64,000 nucleotides of DNA from Candidatus Woesebacteria bacterium (GCA_050115675.1 JASFQB010000006.1:34211-98210), one strand, 5' to 3'. Positions 47,159 to 56,204 are shown, counted from the first letter of the stretch. The notes: generated by a model from the letters alone, not told the origin. Numbers and translations: made by a program.

Positions 47159-47599
47159 TCATCTTGCAACTTCGTTAAAACTTGGGTCACTAACTGCATT
47201 TTTAGGCAAAAAAATCCAACGACGTGTGTCAATGTCACCTTCTACTGTAATACCGCTTTTTACTGCAAACTCTACCTGTCCGTTGCGGCTCACCCGAGGG
47301 CCAGATGCATGACTTCTCCCTCCACGAGGCTTCAGATCAAAGATACATGGCTCACACGAGGCCATACGCCACAGCGCTTCAGTCACTTTCCTATTACAGG
47401 AGCCCTCTTCGATGACCGACATTGCACGCCATACAAAAGCAACCACCAACGCGTCGTCAACAACCTGAACGGTCGATACTACGCCAGAATACATGTAGAA
47501 CCTATCATTGTTCTCGAGTCTTCGATCAACCAGATCATCGCACCGCAAGAGCTCTCTCCACTGCTGCACTACAGTGCTACTACGACCGAACAGCCACAT
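47159..47599 (-). CDS. Hypothetical protein (orphan module)
   Basis: Own promoter, RBS GGAG 7 nt upstream of ATG, 146-aa ORF, own terminator. Confidence 0.55.
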   Translation of the reverse strand: MWLFGRSSTVVQQWRELLRCDDLVDRRLENNDRFYMYSGVVSTVQVVDDALVVAFVWRAMSVIEEGSCNRKVTEALWRMASCEPCIFDLKPRGGRSHASGPRVSRNGQVEFAVKSGITVEGDIDTRRWIFLPKNAVSDPSFNEVAR

Positions 47600-47638
47600 A
47601 GCCGATCTCCTATCATTGATGCCTAAGATGCGTAAAGT

Positions 47639-47667
47639 ATTCTAGCGCACTTTATATGCTATGTAAA
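47639..47667 (-). promoter_or_regulatory. Promoter TTTACA-N17-TAGAAT for ORF 47159-47599
   Basis: -35 at 47662-47667, -10 at 47639-47644 (minus strand). Confidence 0.5.
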
Positions 47668-47679
47668 GGGTATTGCGGC

Positions 47680-47716
47680 AAAAAGTTAAGAGGCGCAGCC
47701 ATTTTGCGACTGCGCC
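47680..47716 (-). terminator. Terminator copy 3 with conserved tail (7-bp stem 47692-47716)
   Basis: Plus strand AAAAAGTTAAGAGG (47680-47693) abutting ggcgcag ... ctgcgcc; 13 nt after the stop of ORF 47729-48025. Confidence 0.65.
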
Positions 47717-47728
47717 AAGACCTAATTC

Positions 47729-48025
47729 TTATCTATCGCCAATTACATCTTCTAGTTTTGGCTCTTCGTCCAAATCGTTGGGCACAATCATCCAATGCTC
47801 ATCATTACTGTTTGCTAAATCAAAATATATGCACCCATCACTATCCACCCAGGTGTATGATACATAGCCTTTTCTTTGATTAGAAGGCACCAAACCAAAG
47901 CTAAATATTTTGGATGGGTAAAAATACCAAGGCTGACCGGTTTCACTGCTATCTTCACCAACTGGCGTCCTTGCAAGCCAGTCAAGAACGACCACCATGT
48001 CATTACCAACAATGCTTATTGACAC
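47729..48025 (-). CDS. Hypothetical small acidic protein (orphan module)
   Basis: RBS GGGAG 5 nt before ATG; 98 aa; own terminator. Confidence 0.55.
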   Translation of the reverse strand: MSISIVGNDMVVVLDWLARTPVGEDSSETGQPWYFYPSKIFSFGLVPSNQRKGYVSYTWVDSDGCIYFDLANSNDEHWMIVPNDLDEEPKLEDVIGDR

Positions 48026-48108
48026 ATATCAGCTCCCTGATGTCGAGTTGAAAGGCCTTAATATTTAAACATACTTATACGATTACCACAACCAGCAGCT
48101 AAATATCC

Positions 48109-49881
48109 CTACCAGCCGCCGCCACCACCTCCTCCGCCGCCACCACCGGCAAAGCCACCACCTCCCGCGCCACTGGATGACGAATTGCTCGGTGGAGCAA
48201 AGCTTGCCGTACTTGCAGTGTTAAATGCATGCAACGAATTTACAAATACAACAGCCTGAAACGTTCCCGTGCCGTGATACCAATCTGGCTCCTCTTTGTA
48301 CATATCGGCAAATTCGGCAGCCCAGTCGCGTTCAATCCCAAGTAACATTGCGTAGGGCAAAAGTTTTTCGTATAGTTTTACAAGCTGTTTTTTATCGTCT
48401 ACATCAATTTTTTCGGTCAATTTGCCATGAGGACTTTGCATTACTTTGATTCGCTCCGCCTCGGCAAGCTGCATATACATTTTTAGCCCTAACAAATACT
48501 CACGAAGCTCAACCCCTTTTTGCGCACGCGCAGGCATTGTTGAGGCCGCAATCAACAAAATTACACCCGCAGCCATCAAGCCAAGCGTAAACGGCACAAA
48601 TACAAACCCTAAACATGCTAAAATTCCACCAACCACGTAGTACGGAATTTTAGCTTTAGTAGGATTTGACCTAAAATACTGAGCCTGTGTAGCGCGATCA
48701 ACCGCATGCTTGCCAAATTCTTGAGCTTTTTTATACAACGTATTTGATAATTCGCTAATTTTTATTTTTTCGCCAACTTTAGCATTTGTACCAAAAACTA
48801 GGTCTATTACCTGTTTTTCGTCACGAGCCAAATCTTTTGGAAGCTGCGTTAATTCTAGTTCATAACTTACTTTGTCTTTAAAAACTCGCTTTTCTTTTGT
48901 TTCGTAAATTTTTACGTAATGATGCACGGCTAAATCAATAATCTGCGCCGAGATTGCGGCTGGTATAAATTTTTCTTTTAAAACAATGTCGCTAGTAATT
49001 ACACTTTCGTTTTTTGGAGGAAGATATTCTGGAACAATAGAGCCTTTACCTTGTGGGTCACGCCCATATTTGCGCCAGTTACGAATGGCAATAAACAGTG
49101 CCAACGCAGGCGGCAAAATCCCCAAGCCCACAACAGCCGCCACAATTGCAACTATTTGCTCTGTGGGCATTTTGTATGGCGCAAAGGTGTCTTTTGTAAA
49201 TCCAATCGCCAAAGTTAAGGTCTCGTTTGATCCCATTGGCCTGGTTGTAGCAGCACTAACCTGACCATTGCTCGAACTAACATTTGTTGCACAATCACTA
49301 CCGTTTGACCCAACTATGCCCGTGTAGCAGCTAGCAGTGTCTTGTTGTAATTTATCTGCAATGTCTTTCGCAATATTTATTTGAACCTGGACGTTTTGTG
49401 CAGTTTGCATCCATTGGTCGCCGTTAATATCCCAGTAAAATTCATCATGATCGCTAAAGTTTTTAGTAACGTTTTTTAAAGAGTAGCCAATTACATAAGT
49501 TTGCTCACCATGCACATACCTGTTTGCGTCGCCAATTTTTAAAACCAAATTGTCGTTTTGGCTGCTTGTTGAATAATTAATATTTTGACCAGTTTGATCT
49601 TTGACGCTTATAACATTTAGCGAAACATCATGTCCGTCGTATTTGTCTGGAATCGCGCGAATAATTCCATGGTTTTGATCGTAATCAGGAAACTCAGCCA
49701 CAATCGTCTCCTCAACCTGTAAAGTAGAGACATTTTGTGAGTCGCGATCTAAATTATAAACTGCCGTAAAGGTTTGAATTGTATAATCGTTTACATCCGC
49801 CGCCCCTGCCGGGCCCGCCAGCAGAGTTGCCGTTAATAGCACTATAATTAACTGCTTTGCTAAAAATGATAATAACTTCAT
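48109..49881 (-). CDS. DUF2207-like membrane protein with C-terminal poly-Gly tail
   Basis: Signal peptide-like N-terminus (start at MKLLSF), large extracytoplasmic domain, 3 TM, terminal SSSSGAGGGGFAGGGGGGGGGGGW typical of the family. Confidence 0.7.
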   Translation of the reverse strand: MKLLSFLAKQLIIVLLTATLLAGPAGAADVNDYTIQTFTAVYNLDRDSQNVSTLQVEETIVAEFPDYDQNHGIIRAIPDKYDGHDVSLNVISVKDQTGQNINYSTSSQNDNLVLKIGDANRYVHGEQTYVIGYSLKNVTKNFSDHDEFYWDINGDQWMQTAQNVQVQINIAKDIADKLQQDTASCYTGIVGSNGSDCATNVSSSNGQVSAATTRPMGSNETLTLAIGFTKDTFAPYKMPTEQIVAIVAAVVGLGILPPALALFIAIRNWRKYGRDPQGKGSIVPEYLPPKNESVITSDIVLKEKFIPAAISAQIIDLAVHHYVKIYETKEKRVFKDKVSYELELTQLPKDLARDEKQVIDLVFGTNAKVGEKIKISELSNTLYKKAQEFGKHAVDRATQAQYFRSNPTKAKIPYYVVGGILACLGFVFVPFTLGLMAAGVILLIAASTMPARAQKGVELREYLLGLKMYMQLAEAERIKVMQSPHGKLTEKIDVDDKKQLVKLYEKLLPYAMLLGIERDWAAEFADMYKEEPDWYHGTGTFQAVVFVNSLHAFNTASTASFAPPSNSSSSGAGGGGFAGGGGGGGGGGGW

Positions 49882-49957
49882 GCTTATAGTTAAGCATCGC
49901 GCCGTACAGATGTAAATAATATAAACCAAGCCACAGTGTGTTATATTATTTAAACAT

Positions 49958-50407
49958 ATGAAAGTAAGAATTTTAGCACGCGCAGTAACACACGACTCAA
50001 AAAAAAAGCAAATTTTGCTAGTAAAAAATAAAGGGGCAAATTTTTGGTACGCACCCGGCGGCGGCTGGGAATACGAGCACGAAACAATTAAGCAATGTGT
50101 CGTGCGCGAGGTTTTAGAAGAGACAGGTTTAAATGTAAAAATTCAAAGATTGCTTTACATGCAGGAATTTCACGAGTCCGAGCAAACCATATTTTTTGAA
50201 ACCTTTTGGCTAGCCAAACCTACACACAACCAAACATTAAATAACATGCACATTGACCAAAACGGTATTGTAGAAACCGCAAAATGGTTTAATCAAAAGC
50301 AAATTCAAGATGTAAAAGTATTTCCTGAGCGATTAAAAAGTAGTTTTTGGCATGAACTAGAACATAATATTAGCATTACGGAAGATCCCTTTATCGGAGT
50401 AAGTTAA
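49958..50407 (+). CDS. NUDIX hydrolase
   Basis: Canonical Nudix box GGGWEYEHETIKQCVVREVLEETGL. Confidence 0.85.
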   Translation: MKVRILARAVTHDSKKKQILLVKNKGANFWYAPGGGWEYEHETIKQCVVREVLEETGLNVKIQRLLYMQEFHESEQTIFFETFWLAKPTHNQTLNNMHIDQNGIVETAKWFNQKQIQDVKVFPERLKSSFWHELEHNISITEDPFIGVS

Positions 50408-50412
50408 TCGTT

Positions 50413-51555
50413 ATGGATTTAGTTTATCTATTAATCTGCGCGATATTTTTTGTAATATCAAGCAAATGGATCATTAGCATCTTTTCTGCTCGTAAATGGA
50501 TAGTGCAGGAAACAAAAAATACAGAAAAAGTCGCATTTAATCATAAACCAATTTTTGTTTTGATACCCGTTTTGGCAGAGGTTGATAGAATACAAAAAAC
50601 TGTGAGCTATTTCTTGGATACATTTAGCGGCAGGATAAACATTAAGATTGTACTCATAACAACTGAAGCCGAATATAAATATAAATTCGCTGGACCAAAT
50701 ACTATCGACATCTGCAAACGTCTAGCTCGCCAAAACAATAACAGAATCTTACATGTTCACTATCCGAAGAACAACGGTAGGATGTCGCATCAACTAAATT
50801 TCGCAATAACCAAACTTGGTAATATACTTGAGCCTGATTCTTTATTAACAGTGTATAACGCCGACTCAAAACCACACCCATTAACATTTGACTGGGTGCT
50901 TCAAAAACGCGTTCATGATCCAACGCAACAGATATTTCAACAGTATGGAGATTATACAAAAAATATTAACGGCAAAACAAATGGCATTCTTCTTTCTGCT
51001 GCATTGTGGCAGAATCGTTGGGCGCTTGGATTTGAATTGTCAAAAGTCCTGCGATCAATTCCAAATGTCAATAATAATTATCTTCTACGTCCATTAAATT
51101 ATGTTATTGGCCATGGACTTTTTATGACTCGCAATTTTTACGATCAATCCATCGGGTTCTCTGAAATATTTCATAATGAAGACGCCATATTAGGGTTAGA
51201 GATATCTTTTCTCAGACAAAAAATTATGCCCCTTCCATTCTTTGACGTATCTGACACACCCGACACAATTCGATCTTTATACACCCAAAAGATTCATTGG
51301 TTTTTTGGGCCCTATCAAGCATTTAAGTACTTTTCGTTTTTGTTAAAAAAATATCAAAATTGTTCTTTAATGGACAAGATAACTCTTGCGCTGCAATCCT
51401 TTAAGCTATTTGCACACGCAATATACTGGGTAGCAGGACCATTTTTTATATTATTCTTATTAGTTTATCCGCTAACTACGCGTAATTTACTCTATATCCT
51501 TGCAGGATATTCATGTTTTATTGCTTTTTTGTCTTACCAAACTATCTATCAATGA
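50413..51555 (+). CDS. Glycosyltransferase family 2-like membrane protein (possibly continues to 51731 after a frame change at a T6 tract)
   Basis: IFVLIPVLAEVDRI N-terminal GT-A pattern, YNADS acidic motif, C-terminal TM segments; AT-rich. Confidence 0.5.
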   Translation: MDLVYLLICAIFFVISSKWIISIFSARKWIVQETKNTEKVAFNHKPIFVLIPVLAEVDRIQKTVSYFLDTFSGRINIKIVLITTEAEYKYKFAGPNTIDICKRLARQNNNRILHVHYPKNNGRMSHQLNFAITKLGNILEPDSLLTVYNADSKPHPLTFDWVLQKRVHDPTQQIFQQYGDYTKNINGKTNGILLSAALWQNRWALGFELSKVLRSIPNVNNNYLLRPLNYVIGHGLFMTRNFYDQSIGFSEIFHNEDAILGLEISFLRQKIMPLPFFDVSDTPDTIRSLYTQKIHWFFGPYQAFKYFSFLLKKYQNCSLMDKITLALQSFKLFAHAIYWVAGPFFILFLLVYPLTTRNLLYILAGYSCFIAFLSYQTIYQ

Positions 51556-51727
51556 TATTGAGCGGAAAAGAAATTAATCATTTTATAGTTATAATAAAAT
51601 TATGCACAGGCGGCCTTGCGTGCTATATAATGCACGGGGCATCAGCTATATCGGCAGTAGTATTATCAATGAAACATTTTTTACTACATGAATCAATCGC
51701 AAAAGGCAAAACAGAAATGAAAAATAA

Positions 51728-52270
51728 ATGATATATTTAATCGGCGGAGTCTCTCGTTCTGGCAAATCATCAGCCAGAAAGCATCTACTAGACACATTCA
51801 AAATATCTGGAATTGAAACAGACTCGCTAAGAACAACTCTGGAAATTTCCATGCCAGAACTCGGTATACATCATAAAAACACTCCATCAACTAATGCTAT
51901 ACTAATGCGTCCTTATGTTGAAGCTTTTATACAATCAAGGTCGTTCTTTAATGATGATTTTGTTATTGAAGGAGATTGTATAACCCCGGCCACAGCAAGA
52001 AAATTTGCGAATACTCAAGATATAAAAACAGTATTCATTGGCTACCCCAAAACTACCGTTAATCACAAGTTCAATCAGCTTAGCCAAAAACATGAGGGCT
52101 GGACTGCAAAATTACCTGAGCAAGAATTTAAAAGAATAATCGATATTTTCATAAAAGATAGCATAATATTACAAGCAGCTTGTCACAACTATAATTTACC
52201 TTTTATTGACAGTTCAGATATGACAATCGAAACAATAGTAGGTCTTACTTGCGCCAAATTAGGGTTGTGA
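51728..52270 (+). CDS. P-loop kinase-like protein (AAA_33 / 2-phosphoglycerate-kinase-like)
   Basis: N-terminal Walker A LIGGVSRSGKSS; ATGA overlap with the upstream frame. Confidence 0.45.
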   Translation: MIYLIGGVSRSGKSSARKHLLDTFKISGIETDSLRTTLEISMPELGIHHKNTPSTNAILMRPYVEAFIQSRSFFNDDFVIEGDCITPATARKFANTQDIKTVFIGYPKTTVNHKFNQLSQKHEGWTAKLPEQEFKRIIDIFIKDSIILQAACHNYNLPFIDSSDMTIETIVGLTCAKLGL

Positions 52271-52277
52271 TTTTATC

Positions 52278-52307
52278 GTCGGGCGGAGGATATAGCCTCC
52301 GCCCGAC
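52278..52307. terminator. GC-rich 12-bp hairpin between convergent genes
   Basis: gtcgggcggagg atatag cctccgcccgac; no U-tract on either side. Confidence 0.45.
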
Positions 52308-52316
52308 AGCATCAGT

Positions 52317-52907
52317 CTAAAATAGCATATAATGGGAGATCGTCTCCACTGTACGTCGATGTATCTCCCTATGAGGCAAAGTGCCATCAAGCACGACCCA
52401 ATTTTGCTCAGCAGCCAATTGATCCATGCGATCTGATAGCGATTGATGATACTCTCTGCCCTTAAGGTCAAAGAAATCAGCACCACGAATCCTGCACCGC
52501 TCCATTGCTATATCAACAGGCACTTTTAGAAGAAATGTAATATCCGCACAAATACCACCAAAAGCAATCTCGTTTAGACGAAAGCGCAACTTTTGATCTG
52601 AAGAGAGAATGCCGTTTTGGCTATGGTACGCCTCATAAGAATCGTCCCACCTATCAGCTAGCACAATCTCACCCCTCTTCAATGCCTTCTCTGCTTTCGC
52701 GCGCTGCTCGGCGTGTAGCGCCTGAAACAAGAACAGCACACCCTCAGGAGTTGCAGTCTCCATAAAAAGAGCAAACAACTCTTTTTCTGCATCACCATAT
52801 GCTTTGCTCATAAAAACTGGCTTATTTTTTGAACGCAGGAAATCAGCAAGATGTCCAAGCTGAGTCCCCTTTCCGCATCCATCAATACCAGTAATATTAA
52901 TAAGCAA
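52317..52907 (-). CDS. Thymidylate-kinase-family (Tmk-like) P-loop nucleotide kinase, divergent
   Basis: ITGIDGCGKGTQ P-loop and ADRWDDSYEAYH resembling the Tmk DRY..S..AYQ motif. Confidence 0.6.
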   Translation of the reverse strand: MLINITGIDGCGKGTQLGHLADFLRSKNKPVFMSKAYGDAEKELFALFMETATPEGVLFLFQALHAEQRAKAEKALKRGEIVLADRWDDSYEAYHSQNGILSSDQKLRFRLNEIAFGGICADITFLLKVPVDIAMERCRIRGADFFDLKGREYHQSLSDRMDQLAAEQNWVVLDGTLPHREIHRRTVETISHYMLF

Positions 52908-52994
52908 CGTTCCTCCCTAAATAGGACTGGATGACTTACACGACAATAGCACTTCTTACCCGCATCTTGCAAACATAAATTACTTCAACACTGC

Positions 52995-53759
52995 CTACGG
53001 GCGCAAAGTCCCCGCAAACACCTGCCAAGCTAGCGCCGATTTAGCCACCAAGCTTAAAACAATATACACTCGCTCGCCGTAAAGATAGTTCTTCCACCTG
53101 CCTATCTGTCGATATTGCAGGAACATATTTACCGCAAAACTATTAAAGAATATGAATATGCTGACATAAATCCAGTATACAAAAGTTGGAATTTGCCCAC
53201 TGCCATAGTTTGCCGCGCCCATTACGTAAATAACAAAAACCAGCCAAGGCGCTAAGCCAGCAATGCAGCCAATTGCGTAACTCAGCCAATTGACCTTTTT
53301 GTTTTTTTGGTTCCAAACTTCCATAACAAGACCCATTAGATTCATAATTGCCACCAAGGCAAAAATCATAATTAGGCTAGATAAATCATAAATTCCACTT
53401 AAAAATGCAATCGCAACCATCATGGTGCTAGCGCTAATTGCGTATTCTACCCAGCGGGCTTTGTTAATGCCTCGCTTTAAATCAGCCTCGTAGCGCCTAC
53501 GATAAACTGTTGCAATTATTAGATGGGCAACAGATGACATTATTAAAAACGAGATTGTTAGCCATGCTAACGAAACCTGAAACACCTGCGAAGTGGTTGG
53601 CTGTAAACTTTGTGAAGCTACGTTATACGTTAAATAACTGGTTGTGACGGGAATTAAATAATCTTTAGCCAACAAAATCACTGCCACTGCTTGACCAGCA
53701 TGCAACAACGCCGCTATTACGTTTAACCTGCGCAACGATTCCATGGTTATATTTGACAT
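52995..53759 (-). CDS. Heliorhodopsin (7-TM retinal protein)
   Basis: Colinear with the prototype 48C12 as I recall it: RWVEYAIS (TM3 Glu, E105), GERVYIVLSLVAKSALAWQVFAGTL (TM7 Lys, K240), His20 and His79, FFNSFA. Confidence 0.85.
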   Translation of the reverse strand: MSNITMESLRRLNVIAALLHAGQAVAVILLAKDYLIPVTTSYLTYNVASQSLQPTTSQVFQVSLAWLTISFLIMSSVAHLIIATVYRRRYEADLKRGINKARWVEYAISASTMMVAIAFLSGIYDLSSLIMIFALVAIMNLMGLVMEVWNQKNKKVNWLSYAIGCIAGLAPWLVFVIYVMGAANYGSGQIPTFVYWIYVSIFIFFNSFAVNMFLQYRQIGRWKNYLYGERVYIVLSLVAKSALAWQVFAGTLRP

Positions 53760-53795
53760 ATACCTAGCCTTTGCTTAAGTTAGCTACTTTTTATT

Positions 53796-54224
53796 TTACA
53801 TCAATTTTGCGTATTCGTATATTACACGCAATGACTGCTTGTTGTTTTCGTATTTCAATATTTGCATGGCGTCTTCAAGCAGTAGCCACTTGTAGTCTTC
53901 GTGTTCTTCACTTAAGACAACTCTACTTTCTGCAGCCACCTCAACAGCATGCAAAATATCTATGCCCTTTCGACCATCTTCGGTTAGCCACTCGCTACGC
54001 ATAAGCTCGTCACTCACATGCAGGTGAATATCTATTCCAACTTCTTCAATAACCTCTCTTATTGCAGCTTGCTTAGGCGTTTCGCCTTCTTCGATTCTAC
54101 CCGTTACCGGCTGCCAAAAAGCACCATCATGCGGAACGCGCTTTATAATTAAAAATTCTATATCGTCACCTCGTCTTCGGTACACCGAGGCCAAGGCGAC
54201 GTTAATGTCGCCTGTTTTTTTCAT
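53796..54224 (-). CDS. NUDIX hydrolase
   Basis: Canonical Nudix box GRIEEGETPKQAAIREVIEEVGI. Confidence 0.85.
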   Translation of the reverse strand: MKKTGDINVALASVYRRRGDDIEFLIIKRVPHDGAFWQPVTGRIEEGETPKQAAIREVIEEVGIDIHLHVSDELMRSEWLTEDGRKGIDILHAVEVAAESRVVLSEEHEDYKWLLLEDAMQILKYENNKQSLRVIYEYAKLM

Positions 54225-54293
54225 ATAATTAAGTATACACCCCTGATGCAGATTTAACCCTAAGTTTGTTACAATTTAAATTACAAATACTAA

Positions 54294-54563
54294 ATGAAAA
54301 TATTATTTTATGAAATGTCCAATAACGCAACGCTGCAAATGACCTCACGTGAGAGCGTAGAGATCGACTACTACCCAGAGTGTCGCGGCATATGGCTCGA
54401 CCGAGGCGAACTAGATAAAATCATTGACCGATCAGGATCACAAAGTCAAAACAACCCACAGCAACAGCAATCGCATGATTCGCGTAATGACGACCATAAA
54501 CATGACGACTACAACAAAAAACACAAAAAAGAGTCATTTTTGGGCGATTTGTTTGATTTTTAA
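54294..54563 (+). CDS. TFIIB-type zinc-ribbon-like protein with degenerate Cys ligands
   Basis: VEIDYYPECRGIWLDRGELDKI and C-terminal FLGDLFDF match the family, but only one of the four expected Cys is present. Confidence 0.5.
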   Translation: MKILFYEMSNNATLQMTSRESVEIDYYPECRGIWLDRGELDKIIDRSGSQSQNNPQQQQSHDSRNDDHKHDDYNKKHKKESFLGDLFDF

Positions 54564-54608
54564 CCAGCAAACGTCACAACAAAAAGCGCGGTGCGAGGCC
54601 TGTGCTTT

Positions 54609-56138
54609 TTATTTTAACTTAATATCAGAATAAATTGCCCGGGTGCTCTCGTCAATTTCGTGTCGCAACTGAGGGAACACTACGCCCTCGCGCGCCGTAA
54701 CGCCTTCAAGAATCCAAAACAGACGCTCGCTGTAACCAAGACCACAAGCTGGAGGCATAGCGTACTCCAGCGCCTCTACAAAATCTATATCTAGCATTTG
54801 CGCCTCGTTGTCGCCCGCGTCGCGCATGGCTTGCTGTTCTTTAAAGCGGTTTAGCTGATCTACAGGGTCATTAAGCTCGCTGTAAGCCTTGCACAGCTCA
54901 CTGCCACCAAGCAACAAGTTAAATTGCTCGGTTAAACGCGGATCGTTTGGCTGAGTTTTTGCCAAAGGTTGCAAAAAAGTAGGAATGTCTATCAAAAATG
55001 CAGGACCCGCAATTTCGGTTCGAATTTTCTTCCAAAGCTTATCAATACCACGCGCACGATTGTCTTGCTTTTCAACTTCTACGCCATGTTCTTTAAGTTG
55101 CTCTTGAACTTGTCCTAGAGTGCAATCAAAAACATCTAGACCATAACGATCTTTTATAACCTCTACAAAGCTAATTCGTGGCCAGTCTTGACCATCTGGG
55201 CCAAGATCAACCTCTTGCCCATTTAAATCAAATTGGCGACGACCCCAAGTTTTATCTGCAACAAAACGTACCATTTTTTCGGTAAGTTTCATGCCCATTT
55301 CCCAGTCAGCGTATGCCCAATACCACTCCATTGCAACGTGCTCTGGTAGATGCTCGTCGGAATAATTTTCGTTTCTAAAGCGCGGACCAATGTCAAAAAC
55401 TTTTTCGTAGCCACCAACCAACAAACGCTTAAGAGGCAATTCGTGGCTAATGCGCAAATAAAAGTTTTGATCCAGGGCATCCATATGGGTGGCAAACGGA
55501 GTTGCGTCTGCCCCGCCAGTAGTTTGCTCAAGAACGGGAACGTTTATCTCTGCAAAGCCCTCTTTTATCAAGAATTGGCGAGTAGACTGCCAGAATGCAC
55601 TACGTCTAAGATAGCGCTGATAAACATCCGAATTCACATTTGTGTCAACATAGCGGCGACGCAAGCGCTCTTCTTTGTTTGTAAAGCCATCGTGAGCCGT
55701 TGGCATTGGACGCAAACTTTTGGCCAAAATGCGCATTTGCGTAACATTAACAGAGATTTCACCCGTTTTTGTTTTAATGACCTCGCCAGTAGCCTGCAAA
55801 AAGTCACCGCTGTCTAACAACGGCAATTGGTCAAAACCAAGCACGCTTTTAGCAGCATCAAGAAGGTCAACCGTATTTGCACCCAAAAATAATTGCAACG
55901 TCCCACTTGCGTCTTTTAAAACAATAAAGGCGATTTTGCCAAATTTACGAATATTGGTTATTCTACCAACGACGCTAACTTTTTTACCTTCTAGATCAGA
56001 AAACTGCTCAACTATTTGAGCAAGCTTGTGCGTCCGCACAGAATCAGCTGGGTAAGGATTTACTCCCAGTTTTTGCAAATCATGTAATTTTCGGAGGCGC
56101 TCGCCTCTAAGTTCATTAAGTGTCGCCATACTGGACAC
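54609..56138 (-). CDS. lysS: Lysine-tRNA ligase (class II)
   Basis: N-terminal OB anticodon-binding domain, class II core (FRNE, GGSELCKAYSELNDP). Start may be ATG 56129 (MATLNEL) rather than GTG 56138. Confidence 0.9.
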   Translation of the reverse strand: MSSMATLNELRGERLRKLHDLQKLGVNPYPADSVRTHKLAQIVEQFSDLEGKKVSVVGRITNIRKFGKIAFIVLKDASGTLQLFLGANTVDLLDAAKSVLGFDQLPLLDSGDFLQATGEVIKTKTGEISVNVTQMRILAKSLRPMPTAHDGFTNKEERLRRRYVDTNVNSDVYQRYLRRSAFWQSTRQFLIKEGFAEINVPVLEQTTGGADATPFATHMDALDQNFYLRISHELPLKRLLVGGYEKVFDIGPRFRNENYSDEHLPEHVAMEWYWAYADWEMGMKLTEKMVRFVADKTWGRRQFDLNGQEVDLGPDGQDWPRISFVEVIKDRYGLDVFDCTLGQVQEQLKEHGVEVEKQDNRARGIDKLWKKIRTEIAGPAFLIDIPTFLQPLAKTQPNDPRLTEQFNLLLGGSELCKAYSELNDPVDQLNRFKEQQAMRDAGDNEAQMLDIDFVEALEYAMPPACGLGYSERLFWILEGVTAREGVVFPQLRHEIDESTRAIYSDIKLK

Positions 56139-56175
56139 ATTTTAACACATATTAGAGCGCAGCGCTAACCGACAG

Positions 56176-56204
56176 TTGACAACTAGGTCATCACATATTA
56201 CTAT
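56176..56204 (+). promoter_or_regulatory. Promoter TTGACA-N17-TACTAT
   Basis: TTGACA 56176-56181, TACTAT 56199-56204. Confidence 0.6.

Noticed and set aside
46978-47716. Integron attC-like core sites (GTTAAGA / TCTTAAC resembles GTTRRRY / RYYYAAC)
   Set aside because: Only one core-like site is present per unit. It lies outside the hairpin rather than forming the R'/R'' pairing. No integrase or attI is present, and the 7-mers miss the consensus at one position.
48109-48180. GGN/CCN codon repeat (poly-Gly tract)
   Set aside because: It is the typical C-terminal Gly-rich tail of DUF2207-family proteins, not an independent repeat element.
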